Shown here one piece after another: positions 40,484 to 53,731 of a stretch of DNA of 64,000 nucleotides; the stretch's first letter is position 1; each line of letters starts with the position of its first letter. The notes below the pieces were generated by a model. It did not search any database and was not told the origin of the DNA. It saw nothing but the letters and a program-made list of their open reading frames with translations. The translations under genes were made by a program, and so were the position numbers. Source of the DNA: Rhizophagus irregularis (lineage: Eukaryota); assembly GCF_026210795.1 (NCBI RefSeq), contig NC_089429.1, positions 6,262,001 through 6,326,000 on the forward strand, in the 5' to 3' direction.

Positions 40484-41047
40484 TTAATTTTTTAAAGCTC
40501 TTCTAGTTGTACCGATGGATCTTCTTCTCTTTGAATCCCAGCAATCAGGATATTTCTTAATTCTAACATTGACGCAATACAAGTAATTGTTTCCAGCGTC
40601 ATCATCCCATCTGAATCTCATTACACAATCTTTGTTATCACATTCATCGTGTGGTACTTCAACAAATGCAGTGAATAAGCCTTTTTCCATACCACATGGG
40701 CCTAAGTTCTCGAAAGTTTTGAAATCTTTATCATATTTATCACCATACCGAGATAATTGCATTAAACAGTCTCCACCATGAGTAATAGTTCTATTATAGG
40801 CGATTAAAATTTTCTCACCAGGTTTGTATGTTGTAACTGGGCCTGGACTATCACCGGCAATACCACAGGGAAATTCCTTGGTTGGGTTGGAAACCTTAGC
40901 GATTATATCGGTAACATTTTGACCATATGGAAGTCTGGGGGTAGGGCTAAGAAGAATACCATGAGCTGAAACTCGTCCAACGAGTCCAATCAAAAGCGTG
41001 AAGACAAGAACGAAGTTGATAGCACCAGAGATTTTGGATTGAACCAT
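40484..41047 (-). CDS. Secreted LPMO-like (AA11-like) histidine-brace protein, 187 aa
   Basis: ATG at 41047; 28-aa hydrophobic signal peptide ending VSA, mature N-terminal His (HGILLSPTPR), FPCG, THGGDC, RFRW, NYLYCVNV; intronless; basic C-terminal tail. Confidence 0.85.
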   Translation of the reverse strand: MVQSKISGAINFVLVFTLLIGLVGRVSAHGILLSPTPRLPYGQNVTDIIAKVSNPTKEFPCGIAGDSPGPVTTYKPGEKILIAYNRTITHGGDCLMQLSRYGDKYDKDFKTFENLGPCGMEKGLFTAFVEVPHDECDNKDCVMRFRWDDDAGNNYLYCVNVRIKKYPDCWDSKRRRSIGTTRRALKN

Positions 41048-42914
41048 TGTAAGATTTAGTAACAAATATTTTTCTTTGAAAGTTTTTTTTGTCGTATTAG
41101 AGAACAGTTTTTAATAAGTAAATTTGAATTCTATTATTTTTAAAATAGAGATCAGTGAATATTTTGTTTCTTCAAAGTCAGAAATTTTTAGGGATTTAAA
41201 TATCTTTTCAGAAGACAATCTGTTAGCCAATTTGATTTGTTTGCATTGTGTAGTGCTCAAGAATTTTTTTCCTTCAAAGTTCCGGCGCGTATTTAGTATG
41301 TATTTTCCCCTTCAAAGTTTCAGCGCGTTATTTTTGATTAATTTGTATATTAATTTAAACAATTAAAAAATTTTTTTCATTCTAGAAAAGTTATAATACA
41401 AATATAAAAACTTTGTTTTTTTTATTTATATTCGTTTTTAATTATTATTTGTGTTATGCAGATAATCGGTATCACATATATGAAACGATCGAAATCGAAA
41501 ATTTTCAACTTAAAAAAAAAACAAACATGTGAAACGGAATAATAGTTGCATTTCTAGAATTCCGACAAATTGTTGTTGATCCAATTTTAAAAATAGATTT
41601 TGGTGTGATAATTATCACGGGACTTTTAATTTCGTAACGGGAATTGAATTGATTGACAAAATATTTATTCTTTTCTTTAGCAATGGAAATAAATTAACAA
41701 AACGTTTTAATTATAAAAATTTTCTTTGTAGGTACTAATTTTAGAGTTCTAAAAATTGAACTTTATTGTATATTCAATCTCTAATTATGGAAATAATTAT
41801 ACGGATAAAATTTTTACGACAATATTATTATATTTTAATTCCTATTACAAAGAATTTATTTAAAAAAAGAAAAATAATTTATAAGTATTTTATTATTATC
41901 TATATAATTATACTTATAATAATATCAGAACTAAACGTCCATTGATAAATATTTCAATTAACATCTAATTCATAGTCATGAAACAGTTAGGAAAAAATGT
42001 TAGCCTTTATGTTCGATGAATGCAAGATTAATTAAAGTATATGTGATTTTTTTAATTATTGTTAAAAAAAGGGACGGTTACACAAAAAAGAATTTTAAAG
42101 AAAAAAATATATTATATATTTTATAATATTTTTATTACAAAACTATACCTAACGCTAATATATCAATCGATTGATTTTTTATTAGGGAAATTTTATTTAA
42201 TTGCCGATCCGTCTAAGCTGTATAAAATACATATAGCGAGTAAAATCTAACGCGCGTACAATGCAAAGTCATTTTTTTCCTTAGTAAAGTTATAATTATT
42301 TTAACATATTATTTTTCCTTGGTTTTTTTTTACATATATCATATGATTTTTATTTTATATAATGGGTTATTCCCTTCCCTAGTATTATGTAGTTTTCTCA
42401 CAATTGTGCTAAATTTAACCTTTAATTAACCCCCGAAAAACTGCCGATTTTAGACAGATCGGCAATTAAACATGTGCTAAAAAAGGATAATTTTTGATTT
42501 GTCATTGTATGATCTTCGAATATCTTAAATAGCATGATTTACTAAGACAATACTTACAATACTTCTTTATTATTAGTACTTCCTTTTACTATTTTAATTT
42601 ACTCTAAATTTAAGAATATCTAAAAATGGATTTGTCTTTTAATCCTAAATTAATTTCATTTTTCATTCGTGAATTCAAATCTTTTTTAGTCTATATAATT
42701 AAAAAAATTCTGTAACGTTTATGAATTGTGTACCGGGCGGTCGGAAATATTTGATCTTTAATCTGTATTATTATGGTTCATTTGATCGGTAAATATAACA
42801 TTAATACCGAATTGCTGATCGTTGCTTATTTTGTTACTGAAATTAAAAAAAAATTAATTAGCCCGTGCTTTGATGTTTTATCTCCCGTGCTTGATGTTTT
42901 TATCCATCTGTGCT

Positions 42915-43790
42915 TGATATTTTTGTCCGTCTGTGCTTGATGTTTTTTATCCAACTTTGTTTGATTAATCCTTGTCATAAATTAGTTTTTTTGTCAGCAC
43001 GTACAGCCGTACAGGGTTGACATTTTGTCGATCACATGTTTTTTAAGTTTAGCGTAGTTTTTAAAATTTTTTTTTTTTTATATTTTACACGAAGAATATT
43101 TTTTTTATCGTTATGATATTTTCGTTAAAAAATTTTATTTGATAGAAATTTCATTGGAGAATTTTATTTATCATATTTTTTTTTTTGACATATACCTAAT
43201 TTGTTGGAACAATTTTTTTAACAGGAGAGATTTTTTATTAATTTATTTATTTTTTTTTTGTAGAAAATTCTTTGGAGAATTTTTTAATAGGGAAGATTTT
43301 TTTATTTGATGGATAATTTCATTAGAAAAAGAATTTTTTTTTTAATAGGAGGGAGTTTTCCTTGATAAAAAATTTCTTTTGGGATTTTTTTTAATAGGTG
43401 AAAGTATTTTTTGACGGAGAATTTTATTAGAGAATTTTTTTAATAGGGGATTGTTTTTGATAGAGAACTTCATTAAAGAATTTTTTTTTAATAAGGAAAA
43501 TATTTTTTTTGATGGAAGATTTTTGTTAGAAATTTTTCTTTAATCGGGGATATTTTTTTTGATTGAGAATTTCATTAGAGAATTGTTTGTTGAAAATTTT
43601 TTTTATTTTTGATGGAGAATTTTGTTTAGAAATCTTTATTAAAAAAAAAATTTCAATCGATACCCTTAAGAATTTCATTAGAGATCTTTTTTTTTATAAA
43701 AAATTGATTGAAAATATATTGGAAAATTTTTTATTGAATTTTACAATTTTAAAGAACTTTTATTTTTTTTTTAATTTTATTCTTAGTTTT
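42915..43790 (+). repeat. About 850-bp AT-rich minisatellite-containing repeat, copy A
   Basis: Built from about 50-bp TTTTAATAGG..TTTTGATAGAGAATTTCATTAGAGAA units; near-identical in inverted orientation to 57875-58700. Confidence 0.85.
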
Positions 43791-45739
43791 ATTTTATTTA
43801 TTTTATAGTACTGTATTTTCTTTGTTTAATTAATATAATTAATATTCTTTTTGATCTATATTAGCATACTATTTAATTTTGTCAATTTTATCTTGATAAT
43901 TATTTTTTTTAAATTCATTATTAGTTTTCAGTCTTGGTATTTCTTATTTCTTTAATTTTAATTCTTTTTAGTATTTTTTCTTTGTTTTATTTGTTTTATT
44001 TTAATAATTTCAGATTATATAATAAGAAATTTATCAATGAAATTAAGAAAATATTAAAATTAAAAAAAAAATGTTAAAAATTAAAGTTAAAAATGGAATC
44101 AAAAAATACCAAATTAATGTTAACATATACTTTTTTAAAGAGTTTTCCTTTTTTTCATTAGTTATATTAAATAATTGGCATAAAAACATTTTTTGAAAAA
44201 CTACTATTTAAAATTTTAAATACCTTATACATAAATAAAGATTATACATGAATAAAAATTTATTATTAATTTTATATTTTTTTATTAAATATATATTTTG
44301 ATTTTTCATTAATATTTATAATTATTATTTCTTGCCATTTATTTTTTTTAATCCACGTGAATACTGAATACGTTCACGATAAAAATTACTATTCGTGGGC
44401 CAGAAGTAATTCTAAAAGAATCATAAACAAAACTGCCATTTAAGACAACGCCACCCTGTCGAAATAAACAGATCGGTGGAGGGCACGAACAAACCTACCC
44501 ACCCACTACGCACTTAGGTATAAAGGCAAAAAGGACAATATAACGAAAAGCGAACAGAATAGAGTAATAAACCAAAATAGAAACATTCTATCTAATCATA
44601 TATTCGTATTTTTCTTTCATCAATCAATCGATGCAATACAGTATGTAAATCCTGCCATGTATAGTATGTTTTATTCTGAGAAGGTCCGTCATTGTTGTTT
44701 TGTGTGATGGTAGAGTATCCTAATCGTGGACCAGAGTCGGTGGGTAGGTAACAGTTGGTGCTGCTGTTTCAAACAGCAGATACGTAAGAGTTGTCACTTA
44801 TAGTACTAGTAATAGTTTCTGATTAGACGGAGGAGTCTGTCATAAAAATATGGTAGGATTGTTAATAATTTCTTGGTCTTTCTGAGAGATATAGTAACTC
44901 ACATTAGTGATGTTATGTGTAACGTCTTCAATAAAAGTATGTCTAGGTACGTGGTGTTGTTCGTAAAAAGACATAGCAACTCCATATGCATAACTGTATT
45001 GTGGGATTGAACTGACGTCATAATCTTATAATCAAAAAGGTTAATATTGTAGGTGTGTTTATAATACACTCGAGAATCACCTGGAGTACCAGACGGTATA
45101 GAAGGTAAAGACTTTTTCTTTTTGTTACGCTTTGCACAGTCTTGTCTGTTTAAGATCTGCTGGTAAGCGGAAAGATGTGTCAAGGTGGGAAATATAGCCT
45201 ATATGTCTATGTTCGTATTTCGTCCATACATGATGTATTTGTTCCAAATCTTTTCCAGGAGTTTGCGTGAGGACAGGCTTGTTTTGGTGATTCAAAGTGT
45301 TCCTTGTAAGTCAATTCCATCTTTCAATTTTTTTGGGTGAACATATAACACCAAATTTTAGTTTAATTATTATTTATTATAATCTAGTAGTAATTATTTA
45401 AAATATAGTTCAAATATTGTCTGATAGAATTCTAAACATCTTTATTTTTATTAAAAAATTATTCTGTATTATATTTCAGCAAATATTAAAACTAGAACAA
45501 TAAAATTATTACCATTAGATTCATCTATAAATTTAATAGTATAAACTTATTGAATTTGGATTATTGGTTAGCTAAAAAGCAGGAGTATGTAGTTTAAAAT
45601 TTTGAATGAAATTCCAAAGATTATATCTTATCTAGAGCTCATATTTTCCTGGCACTTATAAAAAGACAAATACACAAAGACATTAGCTAAGTTTAGTTAA
45701 AATATATATTAAAATAAAAAAATAAATTAATTAAAATGA

Positions 45740-45960
45740 ATAAAAAAAATTAATTTTGATGTTTACCTTTGAAATTCTGTACAGAAACTGTCCAGAAAGC
45801 CGTAAAACTACAAAAGAAGCAAATGCTAGTTAACGTTTCATTTAAAAAGATAACAAAAGAGAAATATTTTAAAAATACCTTCAAAAAAGTTTACTTTGAA
45901 ATAGAAGACCAGCCTTCAGCCTCTGGATCTAAAAAACAAAAAGTATAAAAGCAAAAATTT
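45740..45960 (-). other. Relic of the intron-array element family
   Basis: Minus strand: TTTTAG|exon|GTATTT..GAAACGTTAACTAGC..TTTGTAG|exon with GGAC|GTAAAC. Confidence 0.4.
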
Positions 45961-46882
45961 TGACAAGATCAGCGATAATTTAATACTTAAGTGCCTTATT
46001 ATATACTAAGTAATCCTAAATATTGTATATTACAGCAAATAAAAAATTTTCAGGAAGGTGAAGATAAAACAGTTGGAGTATAAATGATTATAGAAAGCAA
46101 ATTGAAAAAGCAAAGAATTTACCTTTCGATGAGTACTCAAGTAGCATTTAATAGGTGAAATCAAAAGGGACTCAACTTCACTGAAGGGAATACTTTATTG
46201 TTAGATCAAATTTTGTTCTTCTGCAAATAATATTATTGCAATATGAAAAACATGGATTCTTTTGGTGTAATTCTCCAAAAACAAAAATAATATAGTCATA
46301 AATTTTTTTTTTTGTTTTTGTTATGGATTTAATTTTAGATTGTTTAGGTATGTGTATAGATAGGGTTCTACCATTTGATGTACATTTCATAATATATATA
46401 TCACATGTGACTACTATGACCCGTCGTTCTGATCAAAAGTGACACCAGATTTATCCCGACCTATATCAGATATTAATTCGTTAAACTTCACCGGTAATTA
46501 TATCACGCCTATTGAATCTATTACTGAATGTATGTAAAATATAAATAATTTGAATTGAATGTAATTTTTTTTTTTTAAAAAAAATTTTTTTATTAGAGTA
46601 AATAAATTTAATTCTTTTAATTTTTCTCAATATATAAACAAACTCTAATTTTATATAAAAATAATTATAAAAATAGGATATTAAAAAAGCTAGTACATAA
46701 GCTATATAAAAATCAAATTCTTAATAGTGAATTATAATTAAATTTATTTGTTTATTTGCATGTAATTTTTTTTTATAATAATAAATTTTTTTTTTATAAT
46801 ACCTCTCTTTATTAACAAGAAATATATATATATATATAATCATACAGAATATATATATTGGCACCTTTAATCATTAGAAATA

Positions 46883-48406
46883 TTAATCAATCTTTTTGAT
46901 TTGAAATACTTCATATTCTTCTACAGAAAAAAACCCTTCGGTTTTTCTAATTAATGTGTCATAATCTCCAGGATGACAACAACCCTGCATGTAACTTTCT
47001 CCATACAATTCAAGGTCACGATTACCAAATACTGGTCCCGAGAAAGAGTCATTTTCTATAACATTTTTTTCTTCTTTTGGTCGGCTTAAAATATAATCTT
47101 CAATATTTTCCTCAATCTTAATAAAAGAGAATAAAAAACTATCTATCATGTCGCCAATTGCAAGATTAGATTTCCATTCGATCGGATTATATCCACCAAG
47201 GATTTCGTTGCTATCTTTCACTTTAATAATTGTTATGGTACGAAATTGATTATCACAAATCTCATGGAATTTACTAGGCGAGAAACCATCACGAGATCCA
47301 CGAAGAATCAACTTAAATTCATACGAATTTTTCATCTTGTCAGTGATTTCTAATTTATCAATCCATTTCGATATTAATTCAGCATGTCGGATTGTAATGA
47401 TTTTTGAATCAATACTTTTTGAACTAGTCTCTTTGATTATTATCATTGGTTCTGGGTTATTACTTGACTGTTCTATAAAATATTTAAATAAATTTTTACG
47501 CAAATCTTTTGGTATAATTTTTTTATACGGATATACATTATCTAAATATTCTTTAGAAGTTAAACTAAAGAAATTAATAAAAGGAATAAAATGATGTAAA
47601 GTATTTTCTAAAGTAATAAAATCTTCTTTTGAATAACTAGAAAGAACTGAAGGAAGTCTAGGATTTTGAGCGATACCCCATTTAAGCACATGTTCCCAAA
47701 CTTGAATAACATTCTTTTTAATATTATTATGTTGAATAAGAGAAATCAAAAATTTTTCTGAAAGCGAAATAAAGTTAATTGAATTAAAAATTTTTTCTGG
47801 TTCTTTAGATATTAATTCTGTACAAAAATTTTGTAATTCCAAGAAAGAATCATTCTCAAAACTTGTTTTATATATCAAGTTAAAATTTTGTTCCATCCAA
47901 TTTTTTTTATTTTCGATTAAAAATGATTGTAAATGAGAGATTAGTTCATTAAGACCAAGTTCTCTGGATGCAACCAAAATTTCAATTATATCCGAAGTAT
48001 CATATTCTTCTAAAGAGACTCTTCCCCCATAGATATATCTAAAACGAAAATATTAAACGAAAAATTTGAATATATTCGTAAAATTTTTAAATATTTTTTT
48101 TTTTAAAAAAAAAATCGCTAAATTTTTTTACTTCAATTCTCACCTTAAGATTATTTGAAAAATTCCCGGTGAAATATTTGGTAATTTAATATGTGTCAAA
48201 CTTCCATCATTATTTCTATTAACGTTAGTAATTGATAAGATTCTACGCAAATAAGAGGAACGATAATTCAAAATGACCATATGGGTACGAAAAATTTTTA
48301 CGTAAGGGTCATTACCAACTTCAATAGTTGTATCATAAAATTCACCATCATTTAAAATTTCAAGAAAATTTTCAGATAATTTTGGTAAAAATTTATTATC
48401 ATACAT
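46883..48406 (-). CDS. BTB/POZ-BACK-TLDc domain protein, 2 exons (48406-48144, 48038-46883; 472 aa)
   Basis: MYDNKFLPKLSENFLEIL..EVGNDPYVKIFRTHMVILNYRSSYL..FQIILR|YIYGG; intron GTGAG..TTTAG 48143-48039; BACK (IQVWEHVLKWG) and TLDc (FKLILRGSRDGF..ILGGYNPIEW..GPVFG..VEEYEVFQI). Confidence 0.9.
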
Positions 48407-48539
48407 TATTAGTACTTTCGAGAAATAAAGTTGAACTGTGGGCGCTAAGGCCGCTAAGCCATAATAAATATGATTTATCGGGTAAATTTCGGCCCCAAAA
48501 ATAAGGTTAATCACATGATTATTAATTCAAAATTCACCC

Positions 48540-48750
48540 GAGCTGGGCGAGTCTGGGTCCGGACCGGCACATGATTTTCGTTAAACCCAGCTTTTCGTAA
48601 TTCTGGCCAAAATCCAATTCCGGCTGAAATTAAACCTGCAAAGATTAAGTTGGCCGATTTTTTTGTTTTTACAACAAAATGATATAATAATAGTCCGGGT
48701 CCGGGCCGGACCGGACCGGGTTGTAAAATAGACTAGGTCAATGCAGACCT
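48540..48750. mobile_element. hAT-like subterminal repeat remnant
   Basis: Clustered GGTCCGG/CCGGACCGG repeats; no paired TIR or TSD found. Confidence 0.3.
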
Positions 48751-48864
48751 TTATTTCCAAGGATTTCTCTATAGGAATTTTACACCAAATTTTATTAAAA
48801 ACCAGGTAAAGGACGTCTAAAATTTATTTTTCTTTTTTTGTGGTATAAAAAGGACGACTGCAAT

Positions 48865-49049
48865 CCCTATAAAAACGAAATGTGTTGAATTTGTTTTTCA
48901 TGAGTAATAAATGTCTAAAAAAGCACCATTTTGTCCGATTTATGTCTTATTATAAAAAAACGAAAACTAAACAAAATGGTGCTTTTTTAAACATTTGTTA
49001 TAACACATGAACAACAAATTTATAATAATACAATTCGTTTTTTATAGGG
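48865..49049. mobile_element. CMC/CACTA-like foldback MITE
   Basis: CCCTATAAAAACGAA...TTCGTTTTTTATAGGG, 3-bp TSD AAT; internal AAAAAAGCACCATTTTGT/ACAAAATGGTGCTTTTTT makes the element nearly palindromic. Confidence 0.85.
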
Positions 49050-49489
49050 AATTAATTTGTCATTATTATTATTTTTGATAAAATGCATGATTATTCAAGA
49101 TTTAATAGTAATAACAATATGAGATTCTGCTTTATGGTTGAAAAGTGCGTTTAAGTGATATTTATATACGGTGATATTTATATATTTTACAGTCTATAAC
49201 TAGGAAACGGGAATTATTATAAGCCTGAATTGTTGCTTAGATGTTTTATTTGATTATTGTACATCGCCACGTACTGGACGGACGGCAATAGAAAGTACGC
49301 ATTAAGATATTATAGGTGGTATATATTATATAAATTACGCAATATTTATCAGAAATTATGTAATATCCAGGTATTCACACAGTTATGTTATATAATTTTA
49401 TTAATTAAATACTCTTAAAAAGTATGTTTAAATCTAGGTTGCGAAGTGATCAACTTTAGAAGTTTAACTTTTATTGAAAAAAATTGTGC

Positions 49490-51985
49490 GTTAGCATAAT
49501 TTGAATTTACTATGTATTTGAATTGGATATTTAACATTCCAGTTATCAAAAAATAGTTTTAAGCATCCCATATAAGTTAAATAAACAAACCAATTGGTGA
49601 TGATCTTGCTAATATTTCTAAACACTTACTAGTATTCCAACGATGACCAGAAATTCTAATAATAAATAATCCATATATTGACAATTAATTAATTTTAATT
49701 TCTAACTTAAGATATTTAAGTTTTTGGACATTTTGTATCCATCTAATTCAGTAATTCTAAACTTTTAAATTAATAAATATGATAGAAAATATGTGGCAAG
49801 TTATATATTAATTGCATATTTAATTAACAATTTTCAAGAGCATTATCTATAGTAGAATAACTGAAGAATTCCTGAGTTTTAATTAGTCTAGTAACTCCAT
49901 CATTGTTACCATTCTTATTAATAATAAGTTCCAATTCTTTAACTGATTTAACTGATTTGAAAATTTCTTTATATTCGTATAACATCAATAATTGAAAAGC
50001 AATGCTTAGTAAATTTTGTATTTTTCATTAATAAAAAGACGAGTAATTTCATTTTAAGCAATCAACACTCCAACTAACTCTTTGGTTACATTTAAAATTT
50101 AAATGTTTACAAAAATTAACATAATTAAATAAAGGTTTTTTGTATTAATTAATTGTAAAATCAACACCTTGACTGTTCATATTATTTGTGAAATAATTAC
50201 ATCTAGTAGGAATTTTCCTTTTGAGTAATTTAATATTTCCAAGGATTTCTCCACAGAATTGGAATAGTAATCTCACACTGAGTTTTTTTACATATTTTTT
50301 ATTAACTAAAAGGCAATAATGAAGACCCTATAAGAAATATGTATACGGAAAGGATACGTTTTGTATACATTTTATGTACGTTTCTATAGTTTCCGTATAC
50401 AAATTCCGTATATTTAATAAGCAATTCATTTTTGAACATTTTTTAAAAAAACTAATGTATACGGAAAAAATTAATCATACGGAATGTATACGGAATTTTT
50501 AAACTTAATATTTTTAGAAAATAATTTTACAAAAATCTCGTATCATAACACGAGATCACGTGATTGTTTATTGTTTTGTTATGATACGTTTTTTGTTTTT
50601 TATATAAACCCTTACTTTGATGAGTTTGATCTTTCTGTCTTTCCCTTCCTTCTCTTTTCTCTTGTCTTATTTTTGTTATTTTTTCTAAATTTTTCTTCTT
50701 TTTTCGTCACCCCCCCTATTAAAAAAAAATTTTTTTTTCGTACCTCACTTTAAAATTTTTTTTTTCATCACTCTCCTTTAAAAAAAAATTTTTTTTTCGT
50801 CACTCCCTTAAAAAAAAAAATTTTTTTTTGATTTTATTCTTTTATTCCCACTATTCCCACACTTCTTTTTTTTTAAAAAAAATTTCTTCTTTCTATTTCT
50901 ATTTCCTCTTTATAAAAATTTTTTATTTTTCTAACTTTGACGTCCTCCCTTTAAAAAAAAAATTTTTTTTTTAACTTTCCTAACTTCGTTACCCTCTTTT
51001 TAAAAAAATATTTTTTTTTGATTTATTCTTTATTCCCCTTTCTTTTTTATTTATATACTGTATATCCCTTTTTTTATTTCATAGGCCAGCAGATTTTTTT
51101 TTGTGAGAAGATTCAGTTTCTTTTTTCTTTTTTGTAGATCAGTTTGGGAGTCCTTTCCTTTTTGTAGGATTGTTTAGGATTTTTTTCTTTTTTTAGGTCA
51201 GTTCAAATTTTCTTTTTTTTTTTTTTGTAAGTTGGGTTCAGATTCTTTTCTTTTTGTAGGTTGTTTCAGTTTTGTTGCTTCAGAGTCTTCTTTTTTTGTA
51301 GGTCAGTTTTGGATTTATTTTGTTGTTTTGGTTTCTTTTTCATCAGATGCTTCATAATTCTTTTCATTTATGTAGGTCAGACATTCTGGAGTTCTCTTTC
51401 TTTTTTTGTAGGAATGCTGACCTTTGGTGACTTGGACGATTGCAGATACTATATGAAGGGGGGTTTTGTTTCCAATTAAGTTAGACGTTCTTATGTTTCT
51501 TTTTTTTGTTTTTTTTTTAGGTTGTTTGACTCCAAATGAACCTGAACTTATAGATAATTTTGGTTGCAATAGGTGGTTTTAATAAGGAGGGAATTTTCAT
51601 AATGTATTTGTATTTTGTTTATTTTTTATTTTTTATTTAATTTAATAAAGTAAAATTAGATTTATGTAAATATATTATAGTAAACTGTAATACAAATAGT
51701 AAATTCAGTGACCAAATCGTATAAATTTCGTGATAAAATCAGTGATCAAATCATGTAAATTCCATATGAATTCCGTGCAAATTCCGTATCCAAACCATAT
51801 TTTTAGTGATACGGAATTGTGCATTTTTCCGTATCCTATTATGATACGTTATTTCTAAGGAAAAAAAATCGTATAAAAACTTTATAAAAAACGTATCCCG
51901 ATTTTTTTATAGGGAGAGTATTTTTATCATTATGTAACTCTTTGAAAAATATTAAATAAAGAAAATCTCTGTTTAATTAGAACAT
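49490..51985 (-). pseudogene. F-box-like/LRR paralog pseudogene split by a CMC-like element
   Basis: MF*LNRDFLYLIFFKELHNDKNT[element]LHYCLLVNK..CEITIPILWRNPW ... EILARSSPIGLF..LKLFFDNW; resembles 53732-55177. Confidence 0.75.
50326..51914. mobile_element. Non-autonomous CMC/CACTA-like element (1.6 kb)
   Basis: CCCTATAA...TTATAGGG termini, 3-bp TSD AGA, many ATACGGAA/TTCCGTAT subterminal repeats at both ends. Confidence 0.85.
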
Positions 51986-52154
51986 TTATTATTATTTATT
52001 ATTATTATTATTTTAGGTTAAAGGTTAAAAGTGCGTACAATTATTAACAATAAAATAAAATCAAATTATATTACAAGTACCGTAATTTTCTGCAAAATTT
52101 GACCGCAAGTCCCAGGCTTATGCCAAAGATCCACTGATTGCTCGCTCAATAATG

Positions 52155-52389
52155 CAGTAAGTCACAAAAAAATCTATCAGAAATTTTAGTTAAAAATTTG
52201 TTAAATGGAATAAAAATACAAAGAAAAATTTCACAGTAATTCATATGCATTTTACATAATAAAACTATTATTTTATAATAATGATCAATTATCTTTCTTA
52301 AAATTTAGCTGCTAGTTCACATTTACCAAAAAAAAAGAATTCTTTGTAATTTTGCAACATTTGCGGCTAGATTTTTTTGTGCCTTACTA
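52155..52389. mobile_element. Tc1/mariner-like MITE
   Basis: CAGTAAGTCACAAAAAAATCTA ... TAGATTTTTTTGTGCCTTACTA inverted ends; TG/TA flanks. Confidence 0.6.
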
Positions 52390-52529
52390 TACTATGATTA
52401 AGAATTGCGTAACTACTATTGCGTAGTCAACTATCCACAGGCACAACGTGAATATGTCACAAACAAAAAAAACAATTCATTTGAATACTCTTTCAGCTAA
52501 AAATAACTATTATTTTATAGTAGCCAAAT

Positions 52530-53200
52530 TTAAAAAGTCAGTGATGTTCTTTATTTGAGTTATGGTACATTTCGCTGAAGGAATGTTTCACCGAAGCAAG
52601 GGGATGTTTCACCGAAAGGACGTTTCACCAAAAGTGCATTTTATCGAATCCATTTTTCTGAATCATCCATTTCTTCAAATTCCATTCCCCCGAAAATGGT
52701 AGCGATTAATATTTTTATAAAAAATATTCATCATGTAATGAAAATTAAGATTATTTTTAGAGGTCTTTTTTCCAGGACATTATCACTTTAACATTCAAGC
52801 AAGCAAGAAATAAATAACTTTATTTTCCTAAAAACATTTATTCACGAAGAAGTAAGTACTAAAAAAAAAATCCAATAAAAATCATCTAATTCAAAAATTT
52901 TTCTAGAAAAGATTTCTTTATGTACTTAATAAAAAGCTTTGGCGAAATGGAATTTAGCGAAGCGCCTCTTTGGCGAAATATCCCTTCGGCGAAACATCCT
53001 TTCGACAAAAAGTCCAGATACCTTTTACTTGATATTCAGAGGGTTCCATAATGGTATTAGATTTTTCATTCTTGCCTTTTACTAGTTAATAGAACTTGGT
53101 GAGATTATTATTCCAATTTTATGGAAAGATCTCGAGAAATGTTTGTGTAAAAAGTGAATTTTCTGAGATGTAATCATTCACATTTATCATGCGGATCTAT
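52530..53200 (+). pseudogene. F-box-like N-terminal relic interrupted by a MULE-like MITE
   Basis: SDVLYL[MITE]..YLIFRGFHN..SCL..LVNRTW..EIIIPILWKD. Confidence 0.55.
52559..53022. mobile_element. MULE-like MITE
   Basis: G...C termini; inverted subterminal arrays GTTTCACCGAA / TTCGGCGAAAC; imperfect 10-bp TSD CTTTATTTGA / TTTTACTTGA. Confidence 0.6.
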
Positions 53201-53731
53201 TAAATAATAATATAAAGAACTAAGCTGTATACAAAACCCGTGCAAAAATTTTATTTAATTATGTTAGTTTTTGTAAGCATTATTTACAATCAACGAGTTA
53301 GTAGTTATGTCTTATGTGGTATATTGGATCGAATATAAGTGATAGTAGTGATAGTGATTTAACTGGATTGATAGAAACGTACAGATTAATTAAAGAATTG
53401 GGACTTATTATTAGGTATATTAGCAATCAACATACTGTATTATAATGATGAGTAAAGGAATATAAATTTGTATATAATAAATACAAAAAATAGTTTATTA
53501 GCTTAAAACTCTACCTAGCAATAATACCATCTGAATTATTGACTAATATCGATTCATTTAAAGCAATTACTTTCAAAAAGACTGCATTAAAAATTCATGA
53601 CTGTTGTTAAATATTGAGAATATTGAGGCCAATGTTGTATCCTCCACAGAATGTCGTTAATGTTCCAGAATGATTTTTTGATCGACTTTAGTGCTAACCG
53701 AAACAAATATTTGTAATGTAACCAATAAAAT

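Noticed and set aside
44450..45330. Possible LINE 3' end on the minus strand
   Set aside because: Higher GC and coding-like, but no diagnostic motif recognised
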